Assembly (NCBI GenBank): GCA_963777955.1
Contig: CAVZSQ010000013.1
Location: forward strand, 128,001 to 192,000
Length of the DNA: 64,000 bases
Direction: 5' to 3'
Origin: Calditrichia bacterium
GTDB taxonomy: Bacteria > Calditrichota > Calditrichia > JAJRVZ01
In this document: piece after piece, positions 1-11,211 of the stretch
Layout: every line of letters starts with the position of its first letter
How positions within the stretch are numbered: the stretch's first letter is position 1
Position numbers and translations under genes: made by a program
The notes under the pieces: generated by a model
The model's database searches: none
Told to the model about the DNA's origin: nothing
Seen by the model: the letters and a program-made list of their open reading frames with translations, nothing else

Positions 1-1984
1 CCTGCCCTTCCGGCGACCTGAGTTAACAACTGAAATACCCGTTCGGCAGACCGGTAATCCGGCAGACTTAAGCCAATATCAGCAGAGATCACCCCTACCA
101 GCGTCACCCTGCTAAAATCCAGTCCTTTTGAAATCATCTGTGTCCCCAGCAGAATATCGGCTTTACCTTCTTTGAATGATTTCAGAAACAAACCATGTGC
201 CCCCTGGCGGCCGGTAGTATCCTGATCCATGCGAATCAGGCGCGCCTGGGCAAATAATTTCATGATCTCCGCCTGAATCTTTTGTGTACCCGTACCGATG
301 TATTTTATATCGGGACCCTGGCATTTGGGACAATATTCCGGGGCCTGCTTTGAATAGCCACAATAGTGACATAATAAATGCTTATGGTAGGCATGATAAG
401 TCAGGGAAATTTCACAATTGGGACAAAGAAAAATGTAACCGCAATCCAGGCATTGCAAATAGGCTGAATGACCGCGGCGATTCTGCAACAGGATAATCTG
501 CTCCCGCCGTTCCAACCGTTCCCGGATTTTCTGAAGCAGCAGAGGTGTAAATACTCTGGATTCCTTTTTGCCTTTGAACAGGTTTTTACCATCCTCTATA
601 TATACTTTCGGCAATTTTACATCTTTAATCCTGCGGGTCAGTTCCAGCAACATATATTTGCGTGTACTGGCATTATAATACGATTCAAGACTGGGGGTTG
701 CTGAACCAAGCACCACCACGGCCTGATTCATCCTGGCCCGGTATATGGCCGCATCCCTGGCATGATAACGCGGTGCAGGATCATTTTGTTTATAGGAACC
801 ATCATGTTCTTCATCCACCACGATGATGCCCAGATTCTGAACCGGCATAAACAAGGCTGAACGCGGACCTACTACAATCGATACTTGCCTGCTCGAAGAC
901 TTTCATCCAGGTTTCAAAACGGTCATGTACACTCATCTTACTGTGAAATACGGCAACCTGGCCCGGGAAAAAATTATCAAAACGCCTTAAAGTCTGCGGG
1001 GTAAGCGATATTTCCGGAATTAAAACGATTGCGGTCAGGCCCTGCTGAATGCAGGATTTAATCGCTTCCAGGTAAACCTGGGTTTTTCCGCTGCCGGTTA
1101 CTCCATACAACAGAAAAGTCTGGAATTCACGGCGTTGCAGCGATTCGGCTTATGGTCGACAGGGCTTGCTGTTGTTCGGCATTCAGGTTGATCTCCTTTT
1201 TTTCTTCCGGATAGGTAGTTTTAGATTCAGCCGGCTGCACTGATTTTTCGATCTGCAGAACTCCCTGCCGGACCAGCCGGTTGATAACAGCAGTTGACAG
1301 CCCCAGCCGTTCCTGAAATTCACTATATGGTAATTTCTTTTCTTTTAATTCTTCTAAAATATTATTCAGGCGGGGATTTTTTTTCAGGATCCGGTCAGAA
1401 TCGGGGATTGTTGCGCCCACGATGACCAGGCGCTGGGTTTTGGGACGCGAAGGTTTTTTAATCCGCTGCTCCAGACTGGATTAAATCCTGTTCCTGCAAT
1501 TCCTGCAAATAATGATAGAATGATCCGCTGCCAAATTGCCTGCGGTAATAGGTAGTTGTTTTACCGCTATTGCCGGCAATCAGATCGAACAGACTGCTGC
1601 TTGCGTCCGGTCAGAATTAAATTTATATCCTCGGGAAAATGTTTTAAGCTGATCACACTTTCGCTCTTCTGTTCCATTCCGCGCGGCAAAGCCAGCTGCA
1701 CGGTTTGTCCCCAGGAACAAAGATAGTATTCAGCCAGCCAGGCGGTGAATTCCAGTAATTCCGGACGGACGAGCGGAATTGTTTCCAGCACATCCACAAT
1801 TTCCCTGCAAGCGGAGATTTCGCTGTGTTCGAGGACACGGGTAACGACACCGGTCAGTTCCCTTTTCCCCAGGGGAGCTGAATACACGCTGACCCGGCTG
1901 CAGGGAGGCCTGAACATCCTGCGGTACCAGGTAAGTAAAGGTTTTAGGCAGAGCCAGATTGAATATTACATCCACATATGTCAT
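1..1984 (-). CDS. priA: Primosomal protein N' (helicase), split by several frameshifts, runs off the window start
   Basis: N-terminus MTYVDVIFNLALPKTFTYLVP; Walker A GVTGSGKT; LIPEISLTPQ; DEEH motif near 805-820; CxxC zinc-knuckle codons near 300-440; fragments lie in different frames. Confidence 0.95.
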
Positions 1985-2072
1985 ATCTACTGAAAATCTT
2001 TAGTTAATAATTTCAGGCTGGATTTCAGGTAAATTTAAATATAATCTGACAAGAAAAAATAAATATATAAGT

Positions 2073-2099
2073 AAAAAAAAAGGCGGCAAAGCCGCCTTT
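2073..2099 (-). terminator. Rho-independent terminator after rplI
   Basis: AAAGGCGGC-AAA-GCCGCCTTT hairpin followed by a T-run on the minus strand. Confidence 0.85.
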
Positions 2100-2121
2100 A
2101 CAAATCAGTATATAATATTGG

Positions 2122-2565
2122 TTATTCTTTGACTACCCAGACTTTAACCTTAGCCTCGATATCCGGATGTAACTTGACCGGCACGGAGTAAATACCCAGA
2201 GATTTTATAGGTTCATCCAGCATAATTTTGCGTTTATCAATTTCATAACCCTGGGCCAGAAGGGCTTCGGCTATATTCTGCGAAGTTACCGAACCAAATA
2301 ATTTATCTTCTTCGCCGACCTGTACCGTGATCGTACACGAGACAGTTTCCAGGGTCTTGGCCAACTCTGCTGATTTTCTTTTCTCTTTTTCTTTACCCCA
2401 GTTCAATAACTTTTTTTCATTTTCAAGAAATTGAACATTTTTAGGGGTGGCTGCCAGAGCGATTCCTTTAGGGATCAGATAGTTGCGGGCAAAACCGGGT
2501 TTGACATTTACAATGGAACCGGCCGTACCGAGTTTTTCATGATCCTGACGTAATAGTATTTTCAT
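2122..2565 (-). CDS. rplI: 50S ribosomal protein L9
   Basis: MKILLRQD..LG..G..V.VKPGFARNYLIPKG; KLFGSVT; IKSLG. Confidence 0.98.
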   Translation of the reverse strand: MKILLRQDHEKLGTAGSIVNVKPGFARNYLIPKGIALAATPKNVQFLENEKKLLNWGKEKEKRKSAELAKTLETVSCTITVQVGEEDKLFGSVTSQNIAEALLAQGYEIDKRKIMLDEPIKSLGIYSVPVKLHPDIEAKVKVWVVKE

Positions 2566-2588
2566 AGACACCTGCTTTCCTGTTATCA

Positions 2589-2912
2589 CTATCTGGGAAT
2601 ATCCGCCATATACGGCAGCAAGGCCAGATGACGGGCACGTTTAATGGCCGTGGCCAGTTGCCTTTGACTGCGGGCACAATTTCCAGATGTTCTTCTGGGA
2701 ATGATCTTACCCTGTTCGGTAAGAAAACGACTTATTTTTTTTGTATCCTTAAAATCAATATACAGATTACGGCAGGTTTCATCATCGGTGCACCAGCGGC
2801 AAACCCGCTTTTTCTTGTTTTTAAATCCGCCCAAACCCATACGATGATTGCTGCGGCTGTTAGTTCTGGTAGTTCCGCGTCCGGTTCTACCGCCTCCTCT
2901 GCTACTGTACAT
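2589..2912 (-). CDS. rpsR: 30S ribosomal protein S18 with a Gly/Arg-rich N-terminal extension
   Basis: IDFKD...[45 protein letters not shown] upstream. Confidence 0.97.
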   Translation of the reverse strand: MYSSRGGGRTGRGTTRTNSRSNHRMGLGGFKNKKKRVCRWCTDDETCRNLYIDFKDTKKISRFLTEQGKIIPRRTSGNCARSQRQLATAIKRARHLALLPYMADIPR

Positions 2913-3351
2913 TTTTCACCTCCCCATCCCTTCTCCCGGAAAATCTGCCGCCTGATCTGCCGCGGCCCGGACCCATAGTCACCAATTCTGCTTCAGGTCT
3001 GATCTGGACCGGCTCCTTGCCCTGGGCCCGTAATTCCATCTCTTTGTTGCGGATTTTAAGTTTGTTTTTGGCATAACGGTAGGTCAGGTACCGTAACATT
3101 TTGTCGTTATAATTATATTCATTCTGCAAAACCAGGGGAATATTCCCGACACTTTCGAACTCCATGGCTACATAAAATCCATACTGTTTCTTCTGGATTT
3201 CGTAAGCCAGCCGGCGTTTACCCCACCGGTCAATCGCGGTTACTTTCCCACCCGGGGTCTCGATAACTTCTTTCACCCGGTTGATATTATTCTCAATTTC
3301 TTCGGGTGAAAGGAGACTATCCAAGATGAAAATAGTCTCGTACACTGCCAT
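2902..3351 (-). CDS. rpsF: 30S ribosomal protein S6
   Basis: [22 protein letters not shown]; position upstream of rpsR-rplI. Confidence 0.97.
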   Translation of the reverse strand: MAVYETIFILDSLLSPEEIENNINRVKEVIETPGGKVTAIDRWGKRRLAYEIQKKQYGFYVAMEFESVGNIPLVLQNEYNYNDKMLRYLTYRYAKNKLKIRNKEMELRAQGKEPVQIRPEAELVTMGPGRGRSGGRFSGRRDGEVKNVQ

Positions 3352-3359
3352 AAAAGTTT

Positions 3360-3407
3360 TCTCCTTCGGTCTGACGTTTCCACATGCTGTGCTGTGGAAA
3401 AGGATTT
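3360..3407 (-). promoter_or_regulatory. S6:S18 ribosomal protein leader (autoregulatory RNA motif)
   Basis: Minus strand reads AAATCCTT-TTCCACA..TGTGGAA-ACGTCAGA-CCG-AAGGAG just before the rpsF ATG: a hairpin, an unpaired CCG and TCCTT able to pair with the SD, matching the described motif architecture. Confidence 0.75.
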
Positions 3408-3468
3408 ATAGTTTATTAGTTAGTTAACTTCTTAAAAACGCTAATCTTACCTTTTTCTTACCTGCTGA

Positions 3469-4056
3469 TCAAAGATCATTTTCTTCCGGGTCGGCCAGAA
3501 AAGAACGATTGTATTTGTTCATGGTTTCTTCCATCCCCTGCTCAATCCAGCTGTATACTGCTTCTTTAGCCAGGGGCAATAACAGTTTTATCTCTCGCTT
3601 CTCCCGCTGATCAAATTTAGAAAGAACAAAATCTACGGCATCTTCAAATCTATTACCGATACCGAATCTGAAGCGATCAATCACATCAGTTTCGAGTTCA
3701 TAGATCACGGAGGATAAGCCGTTATGTCCGCCGTCGCTTCCGGCCTGGCGAAACCGGAATGTTCCCCAGGGCAGGTTATAATCATCACAAATAATCAGCA
3801 CATCTGCAACAGCCAGGGCAAAGTAATTGACAATCTGCCGGACGGCCCGCCCGCTATGATTCATGTAGGTTGTGGGCTTCACCAGCATGATTTTATGCAT
3901 CCCGATCCTGGTCTCGCTGCAATAGTAATCTCCTTTACCCGCTTTGAAGGGACTCTGTAATTCGCCGGCAATATAGTCTACTACTTCAAAACCAATATTG
4001 TGCCGGGTACCTGCGTATTGGTTACCTGGATTACCCAGTCCGATTACGATACGCAC
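3469..4056 (-). CDS. pth: Peptidyl-tRNA hydrolase
   Basis: IGLGNPG..Y..TRHNIGF; KPTTYMNHSG; GSDGGHNGL. Confidence 0.97.
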   Translation of the reverse strand: MRIVIGLGNPGNQYAGTRHNIGFEVVDYIAGELQSPFKAGKGDYYCSETRIGMHKIMLVKPTTYMNHSGRAVRQIVNYFALAVADVLIICDDYNLPWGTFRFRQAGSDGGHNGLSSVIYELETDVIDRFRFGIGNRFEDAVDFVLSKFDQREKREIKLLLPLAKEAVYSWIEQGMEETMNKYNRSFLADPEENDL

Positions 4057-4069
4057 AAAAAACCACAAC

Positions 4070-4753
4070 TTACTTTTTGGATTTGTCTTTTTCTTTCTTT
4101 TCTGCTTCTTGTTCTTCTTCTTCTGTTTCTTTCTTACGGGCAGTGATTACTTCCGGCTCAGCGGCTTCTTCTTCCACACCTTCCTCAGCAGGTGCCACAA
4201 CCTCTTCCAGTTTCTTCGGCGCAGCTACCGAGCAAACCGGCGTGATAGCATCTTCATCGATCTTAAGATTGCCAACTTTAAGATCACTGACGTGAATAGC
4301 GTCGCCAATCTCCAGGTTGGAAATATCTACTTCGATAAAATCAGGAATATCAGACGGCAGGCAGATGACCTCCAGCTGGGAGCGCAACTCCTGGAAAATA
4401 CCCCCCACTTTGGCCCCGGGTGCCTGGCCCACAAATTTAACGGGTACAGCTATCCTGATTTCCTGGTCGGCCAGGATCCGTTGAAAATCCAGATGAATAA
4501 TATCCCCTTTGACCGGGTGATATTGAATCTCTTTTATAATCGATTTTTGTTGCTTACCCTCGTAATTCAAAACAATAATTGAATGACGGATCGATGATAA
4601 TTTATCCAATTCCCGTTTTTTGACCACCAGTGAAATCGCTTCAGGTTCGACACCATAGACCACGCAGGGTACTTCACCGCCTCTGCGCAACCTGCGGGAA
4701 TTAACTTTGCCCTCTTCATTTCTTAATCTGGCATTTAATAAAATTTCTTCCAT
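4070..4753 (-). CDS. rplY: 50S ribosomal protein L25/Ctc
   Basis: SRRLRRGGEVPCVVYG; IQYHPV..HLDF; LEIGDAIHVSDL; acidic tail EPEVI. Confidence 0.97.
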   Translation of the reverse strand: MEEILLNARLRNEEGKVNSRRLRRGGEVPCVVYGVEPEAISLVVKKRELDKLSSIRHSIIVLNYEGKQQKSIIKEIQYHPVKGDIIHLDFQRILADQEIRIAVPVKFVGQAPGAKVGGIFQELRSQLEVICLPSDIPDFIEVDISNLEIGDAIHVSDLKVGNLKIDEDAITPVCSVAAPKKLEEVVAPAEEGVEEEAAEPEVITARKKETEEEEQEAEKKEKDKSKK

Positions 4754-4786
4754 AATATGCTCCTGCAAAATTCTTTCTTTAAATAG

Positions 4787-4858
4787 CTGGGGCGGGAGGA
4801 TTTGAACCCCCGAATGCCGGGACCAAAACCCGGTGCCTTACCACTTGGCGACGCCCCA
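4787..4858 (-). tRNA. tRNA-Gln(TTG); 3' CCA not encoded (followed by CTA)
   Basis: TGGGGCGTCGCCAAGTGGTAAGGCA-CCGGG-TTTTGGT-CCCGG-CATTCGGGGGTTCAAATCCTCCCGCCCCAG folds as a cloverleaf; usual position downstream of ispE. Confidence 0.97.
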
Positions 4859-4900
4859 ATATTGTCATCGGTCAGTTACAAACCTGTCCGCCGATTCAGG

Positions 4901-5758
4901 TTACCGGCTCACCGGCCGGGTAATTGTGCAAGAATATCGGGTTTTCAACTCCCGGTAAACCGACTCTGCCTGTGTTGGATCGCGGAATAGACCATAAATT
5001 GTAGATCCACTGCCGCTCATACTGGCAAAATCGGCACCCCTAACATATAATAATTCCTTACTTTCTGCCAATTGTGGATACGTGATAAAAACAGATTTTT
5101 CGAAATCATTGTAGAATTTACCACGGAATTTATCCACGGTTAAATTTTGAAACTCAAAGCCTATAAATTTAGTTTCTTTACAATCTTTTGTCAAGCCCAT
5201 TTTTAAGTTTGCATAGGCCCAGCCCGTGTTTATATACAGGTCGGGATGGAGCAGCAAAACGGTGTACGCCGTATCCATTTTAACCGGGGTGACCTTTTCA
5301 CCGCGACCCTGCAGGCAGGCGCTGCCGCCACTTATGAAAAACGGAATATCGGAACCAATTTTAGCCGCCAGCAGCCGCAGATCGGTATCGCTAACATCCA
5401 GATTATATAGGACGTTAATGCCCTTTAAAACCGCCGCTGCATCACTGCTGCCCCCGCCCAGTCCCGCACCGATCGGAATTCTTTTAATTAAACGAATATG
5501 CAATCCGGGGATCTGGAAGCGACGGCTCATTAGTGTCGCTGCTTTCAGACAAAGGTTATCCGCTTCTGCCCGTAATTGGGCTGAGTCGGTCTCAAAGTTT
5601 AAATCCCTGGCCTGCTCCAGAAACAGGTCATCCCCGAATTCCACTTCCTGAATAATTGATTCAATTTCATGAAATCCATCCGTACGCCGGCCTCTGATCG
5701 CCAGGGCCAGATTAATTTTTGCCCGTGCTGTAATTTCAATGTTTTTCATGGTGTTCAT
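4901..5758 (-). CDS. ispE: 4-diphosphocytidyl-2-C-methyl-D-erythritol kinase
   Basis: AKINLAL...DGFHEI; KRIPIGAGLGGGSSDAA; GSDIPFF; NDFE; MSGSGS. Confidence 0.97.
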   Translation of the reverse strand: MNTMKNIEITARAKINLALAIRGRRTDGFHEIESIIQEVEFGDDLFLEQARDLNFETDSAQLRAEADNLCLKAATLMSRRFQIPGLHIRLIKRIPIGAGLGGGSSDAAAVLKGINVLYNLDVSDTDLRLLAAKIGSDIPFFISGGSACLQGRGEKVTPVKMDTAYTVLLLHPDLYINTGWAYANLKMGLTKDCKETKFIGFEFQNLTVDKFRGKFYNDFEKSVFITYPQLAESKELLYVRGADFASMSGSGSTIYGLFRDPTQAESVYRELKTRYSCTITRPVSR

Positions 5759-5981
5759 AAAATAAGGATAAATTATACAGAAATTCCACTCCCTGCTGAT
5801 AACTTACAAAAAAAAATATCTTTTAAGCAGTTTTATTTACCATGACCCTGCAGCAAGTGCAAATGAAAATCCTGGTAAAATTATTTTTTCCTGATCTGAA
5901 AACCTGGCGGCAGTATCACCGGGGGGGGAAAAAAGCAAATATCCGGGGGTAGAAAAATTTATTCAAAAAACTATAGCGGTA

Positions 5982-6428
5982 CTAGTTTAATTCAATCGAT
6001 AATTCTAGTTTATCGCCATCCATCCGGTCTATTTGAAAGCCGTTACGTTTCAGGATTTTCAGGCTGGCAATATTAGAACGCAGCACCTGACAATAAACAC
6101 TCTGGTAAATTCCTCTGACTTTTTGCAGCAATAGATTGATGGCCTTGGTTCCGATACCGTTGTTTCTTTCTCCGACCACCATCAGAATCTGCGCTCTTTT
6201 TTTAAAGATATCTTCTTCGCTGGCATAAAATATTTTAATATCCCCTACATGCCGCCCGTCATTATAAATTTCATAATATCTGCGGAAATGAGTCAGGGTT
6301 TGTTCATCGTCTTCGGGATCGGCCTGTTCACGGAAAACCAGATAATCCTGTACGACAGGATCGTTGTACCACTGCTTGCGTTCGGGAGTTTGGATGATTT
6401 GTTCAGTTTCCTTTAACTCTAGGATCAT
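5982..6428 (-). CDS. GNAT family N-acetyltransferase
   Basis: RNNGIGTKA acetyl-CoA motif A; N.ASLKILKRNGF motif B. Confidence 0.75.
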   Translation of the reverse strand: MILELKETEQIIQTPERKQWYNDPVVQDYLVFREQADPEDDEQTLTHFRRYYEIYNDGRHVGDIKIFYASEEDIFKKRAQILMVVGERNNGIGTKAINLLLQKVRGIYQSVYCQVLRSNIASLKILKRNGFQIDRMDGDKLELSIELN

Positions 6429-6561
6429 TTCACTGCTCCTGTGCTTGTGCTGTTGAATATCTCAATCATCATCACCCCTAAAGTAAAATTAGTCTACATT
6501 TATAAATGTGATTAAAGTTACAAATATTCCAAAAAATTCGAAAGAGAATTCTCGCCCTGAA

Positions 6562-7464
6562 CTAAAAATAGATCGCAAATGAAAAACGGTGTGACTGGCC
6601 CAGATCGTACCTGTACGGCACAAAGGCATAAGCCACATTTATTTTCCGGTAGCAGATACCGAAACCGGCCGTTAAACCATGGCTGTCGGCGCCCAGGCTA
6701 TATCCGCCGCGCAGGCTAATGTTCTGCACAACGGGCACATCAACACCTAAATTCAACTGCAACCGATTATTGCCGGTATAATATAAATCCGCGGCCGTTA
6801 ACGGTTTAATCCGTATAATCTTTTCCGGCAAAAAATAACTCACTCCGGTGCGAAGTATCAACGGCAAGGATGAAGCCGTCGAGCGTAATTTATTCATTTT
6901 ACCCAGGTTCTGGATACTCAAACCCCACTCCAGTTCGGGCAGCACATTTTTTTTGCGTATCCCCAGATCCACAGCAATTCCTTCCGCCCGGGTCAGATAA
7001 TATTTCTCATACAGATATTTAAGCTGTCCACCCACGCTCCAGTCCCGGCCCAGCGGGGCAGCATAATTCAAACCCAGGTACATATTGGTTGCACTGCTGG
7101 TGCCGATAGGATTTTCAGTAGCCCGCTCATCCCGGAGTTGGATACCGTTGATCTGGATCAGGTTCACGGCAAAGGCCAGATTGTGTTTGCCATGAAATAA
7201 CTGAACGGCCAGAAATTCCTGGTTAATATCCTGCAGCCAGGAATTATGCATAAGTACAATGGAATTGCTGCCGGCCCGGGCCAGTCCCGCCGGATTCCAG
7301 TAAGTAGCCGCCGCGTCATTACAAACCGCCGAATATGCTTCACCCATGGCCGCAGCCCGGGCATCGATTCCGATCTTCAGAAACGTTAAACCGCTGCTTT
7401 CTGCTGCGGCTGATGCCCCGGCCATTATCAAAAATAATACAAAGAATAAAATCAGTTTATTCAT
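6562..7464 (-). CDS. PorV/PorQ (UPF0164)-like outer-membrane beta-barrel
   Basis: Signal peptide; FLKIGIDARAAAMGEAYSA..DAAATYWNPAGLA; LPLILRTG; C-terminal SHRFSFAIYF. Confidence 0.85.
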   Translation of the reverse strand: MNKLILFFVLFLIMAGASAAAESSGLTFLKIGIDARAAAMGEAYSAVCNDAAATYWNPAGLARAGSNSIVLMHNSWLQDINQEFLAVQLFHGKHNLAFAVNLIQINGIQLRDERATENPIGTSSATNMYLGLNYAAPLGRDWSVGGQLKYLYEKYYLTRAEGIAVDLGIRKKNVLPELEWGLSIQNLGKMNKLRSTASSLPLILRTGVSYFLPEKIIRIKPLTAADLYYTGNNRLQLNLGVDVPVVQNISLRGGYSLGADSHGLTAGFGICYRKINVAYAFVPYRYDLGQSHRFSFAIYF

Positions 7465-7489
7465 CACTGCCCTCTTGGTCTTCGCCAGA

Positions 7490-8434
7490 TTAAAAAATAA
7501 TTTGCCATGAAAAATAATGACTGCTGCCCTCATCGATCAGCGAGGGCAGGAAAGCATAATCCAACAACGAATCATACCGTCCGATTTTAAAGTCCAGGCC
7601 GGCACCAAATGCAGTCCGGGTGCCGTTCAAACCCAAACGCAGGGCCAGATTTTGTCCCCGCAGCGCCTCGATACCCAGATGATTCCGGATGTCCCCTTTG
7701 TCACTCCATTCCAGATCATCGCCGAGGCGCAACCAGGGCCAGGGACTGCGATAATAAATCCCGGCCTTCTGGATCAGAGGAAAACGATCGATGGTCGTGC
7801 CGCCCAGTTCAAAAATCTTTTCTGTATTTGCTTTTAATTTCGAACTGATATCGCGGATCTGGTATCCCAGAGTCAAATTGTCATTGATATAATAGTGCCA
7901 GCCGAAATCAAAACCCACCCCCCGTGAACTATAGTTAAACTGCTCCGTTCCATCATTAATATCCTCGAACATGATTTTAACGGTCACGCCCAGTGACATC
8001 CTGGAAAATATCCTGCGTCCGAAAGAGAACAGAATTGTATTATTGGAATGATTGATAGCACCGGTCTGTTCACCAATGGAATTATAGGATTGAATATTAC
8101 CGATCCCGCTTTCGATCCAGCCGATCGAAAAACCGGCTGCCGGCGGTACACGCAGGGAAAAACTGACAAAACTCTGATGCCGGTCCAGTGACAGAAATCC
8201 ATAGGATAAAGCAACCATCCTTTTTGCGCTGTTGCCGAAGGCCGCCGGATTATAATAGGCAGAATATGCATCCAGCGGCGCAGCCACCCCGCTGTTGCCC
8301 AGGGCAATAGCACGTGCACCAAGACCCATCCTTAAATTAGCACCGGCATATCCGCCATTATCACTGCCGAAACACTGCTGAACAGCTATTAAAATGATCG
8401 TTGTCACCAAACGTAATTTCAAAATCCACCTCAA
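7490..8434 (-). CDS. PorV/PorQ-like outer-membrane beta-barrel (second paralogue)
   Basis: LRMGLGARAIALGN...AYYNPAA; GVGFDFG; LDYAF; C-terminal SHYFSWQIIF. Confidence 0.8.
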   Translation of the reverse strand: MRWILKLRLVTTIILIAVQQCFGSDNGGYAGANLRMGLGARAIALGNSGVAAPLDAYSAYYNPAAFGNSAKRMVALSYGFLSLDRHQSFVSFSLRVPPAAGFSIGWIESGIGNIQSYNSIGEQTGAINHSNNTILFSFGRRIFSRMSLGVTVKIMFEDINDGTEQFNYSSRGVGFDFGWHYYINDNLTLGYQIRDISSKLKANTEKIFELGGTTIDRFPLIQKAGIYYRSPWPWLRLGDDLEWSDKGDIRNHLGIEALRGQNLALRLGLNGTRTAFGAGLDFKIGRYDSLLDYAFLPSLIDEGSSHYFSWQIIF

Positions 8435-9910
8435 TTGATTAGAACCAGTTTTCCCCAGGTAACTTTACCTTCAATTTTTGCCCGGAAGAAATATACCCCG
8501 CTGGCCACTGTTCTGCCGGAATCGCTGCTGCCATTCCACTTGGCACTGCGATCATAGCTGCTGCCGCCAGGATCTGTTTCATACTCACGGATACTGGCAA
8601 CTTTATCCATCGCAAAATCATATATATCAATCTCTACCTCACCCGCCCGGGTGATATCATACTGAAAACGGACGAAGTCCTGCCGCGATGGTGAAAAGGG
8701 ACTCGGGTAGGCATACACGTTGGAAACCGCGGGAGCACGGGTTGATTGATAGGAACGGTTGATGTACCAGTGATTACCGTTATCGATGGTCGAAGCCAGA
8801 CCATCCCCGCTGCCGACCCAGAGCCGGCTGGCGGGGAATTCAGTGCTGACCCCGGCTGAATAGTACTTTTCGGTCAGGATCTCCTCGCCGCTCCGGGAAT
8901 CAACGATCGGCGGCATAGTGTACCAGTGCATTCCTGCATCTGCCGAGACGAACAAGCCCTTATCGCTGGCCACATAGATAATCGAATCATTGAAAGCAAA
9001 ATTGTAGGCGAAAACTCCCGGTAGCATCACTTCCCAGGTTTCACCGCCGTTATCGGATTTGCTGACTGCCCGGTATTCAGCAGTGTCCGTTTCGACGGTA
9101 GCGGCCCAGATGGTCTGGGTATACGGTTGATAATCGATAGCCACGACAAAGTTCCCCGATATGGGATACCTTTGATTCTGATGGGTAAAACGCTGCCAGG
9201 TTTCGCCCCTATCGGCGCTTTTACTGATACCTGCGGCCGTTCCGATCCAGATATTTTCATTTTCGACCAGAACAGAAAAAGCACGATGATTGAGCTGCCG
9301 GCTGACATCAAAAGCAAGACCATCCGTAGTCGTGACCTGCCAGGTCCGTCCCATATCCTGCGATTTTCTCAGGCCTCCGCCGAAAGAGGCGATCCAGATT
9401 GTCGAATCCAGTACACCGATATCATAAGTCAGATTCTGTACATTGGTGGTGGTCGGTTTATAGGCAGTAATATCCCGCGCATCAACCGGTTGTGAAACAT
9501 GTGTCCAGGTCTCACCGCCATCACGGGTATAACTTAATCCACCGCCGGCCTCTAATTCACTCCCGTCGCTGACGATCGTATCGAAAGCAGTGGCAATCCA
9601 TACGGTGGAATCGTCCATATAGGCTAAAGCGGAGACACCCCCTTTGGATTTATAATCATAGGGATTGAAAGTCTGCCAGGAGGCTCCCCCATTGCTGGTC
9701 TCATTCAAGCCAAAACCGGTGGCCACCCAAACCAGAGAATCCCTGGTAATAAGATCGACGATGCCATTGCCCAGAATGATACCGGAACCGCCGCTGGCCA
9801 TGGAATCAAATTTGAAATTACCCGGCCGCAAAACCTGGGCCGCATTATAATTATATAAGATCAATACAAGCGCAACCAGGCCAAATATTTTCTTAGCCTG
9901 AATTTTTCAT
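8431..9910 (-). CDS. Secreted BNR/Asp-box beta-propeller protein with a C-terminal FlgD-Ig/T9SS-type sorting domain
   Basis: Repeated S.DGG.TW Asp boxes; YAYPSPFSP..WNG...G..VASGVYF..KLVLIN tail; the ATG at 9910 gives MKIQAKKIFGLVALVL if one A is removed from an A5 run. Confidence 0.8.
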
Positions 9911-9959
9911 ATTTCTCTGCTAATTTTATCAATTATATTATAGTTCCATGATCAGGATC

Positions 9960-11175
9960 TCAATTACTATTATCTACTATCTCGATTGTCCTGATCTGCG
10001 CGGCGCTGAAATTCCCGGCTTTATCCCGGGCATAAAAAGTGAAGGTGTAGGTACCCAGCTCCGCACGTATTATAAACCAGCAGGGAGTATGAATAAATTC
10101 CATCGCCGGCCTGCAGATCCCCTTGTTCAAGCAGTTGGTTTAGAACAAACGGTTTTCCATTATCAACCAGTACAAAATATTTACCCTCGTTGGCCATGGT
10201 AGAATCCGGTTTGCGCGAATAAAAATAGACGGAGTCAATATCGGCCAAACCCTGATCGTCACTTACCTGCGCCGTGAGAAATCCCAGTTTATATGCACCG
10301 CTAACCGCTGGTCGCTCTATAACCTCGGGCAGAATAATATCAACAATTCGTGGAGGGGTGTTAGCCACAAACAATTCATGCGCAGGCACAATTTCGTTTT
10401 TCTCCAGAAAACTATCCAGCACATGGAACCATAATAAATATGAACCCTTTTTATCGACCATAAACGAAGAATCCAGTCTGACCGAAAAAACCGAGTCGCC
10501 GGCAAGGTCATCCCCATGTAATTCATAATTTCCGTCATTGAATAGATTAGATTCAAAAATCCGTGCCTGGCCCTGTACCGATTGACTCTCGAAATAAGCC
10601 TGGCTGATGTCGGAGATGCCGTCGTTATCAGATACGATCATCTGGATAACCGGCCTGAGCCGCGGCACAGCGAAAGTATCGGGAGCAGTAATGGTACTGA
10701 TGACCGGAGGATAATTGGGGCTGAACCAGACGGGATAATCTTTAACGACACTATGATTACCCTGCTTATCGATAGCGCTAAACTGAATGGTGTATTCGGC
10801 AGTCGCTTGCGCCGGAACAATTTGCGCAGCAATAAACTTGTTGCTGTATACGCCATCTCCAGCCAGCACATCTCCATCCAGGGGAAAATAGAAGGCGCCA
10901 TCATCATGGAGATAATCTGTATAAATCAGAGTTGAACTATTAGGATTAATGACCTCCAGGCGCACCGTATCGATATTGGCAAAGCCCTGGGCATCAAGTA
11001 CCTTTACCTCAACTTTATATGACAGTTCCACACGGGTGTTCCACTTCTCCGGAAGTACAATTGTATCTATGACCGGGTTCGGAGAAAGAGTGAGAATATT
11101 TTTGTCCTGCTTGCAGGAAAACAAAATATACATCAATCCCGCCAAAAATATAATATTGATCATGTTTAATTTCAT
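9960..11175 (-). CDS. Lipoprotein with three choice-of-anchor-X-like (L.D.G...D..AGDG.YS) repeats; frameshift near the C-terminus
   Basis: Lipobox ILFS-C then KQD; three motif copies; the frame continues GTYTFTFYARDKAGNFS to a TGA at 9960. Confidence 0.7.
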
Positions 11176-11211
11176 TAACGGTCCCCGAGTAATAATTTTA
11201 TTTCGTTTTGG

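Noticed and set aside
2902..2975. RG-rich C-terminal tail of S6 ([15 protein letters not shown])
   Set aside because: It may come from a frameshift error, since another frame reads [20 protein letters not shown]; this cannot be resolved without reads
4802..4990. 62-aa plus-strand ORF
   Set aside because: It is antisense to tRNA-Gln and the end of ispE
5921..5934. G8A6 homopolymer tract upstream of ispE as a phase-variable switch
   Set aside because: Short, intergenic, not tied to an identifiable promoter, and homopolymer lengths are unreliable in this assembly
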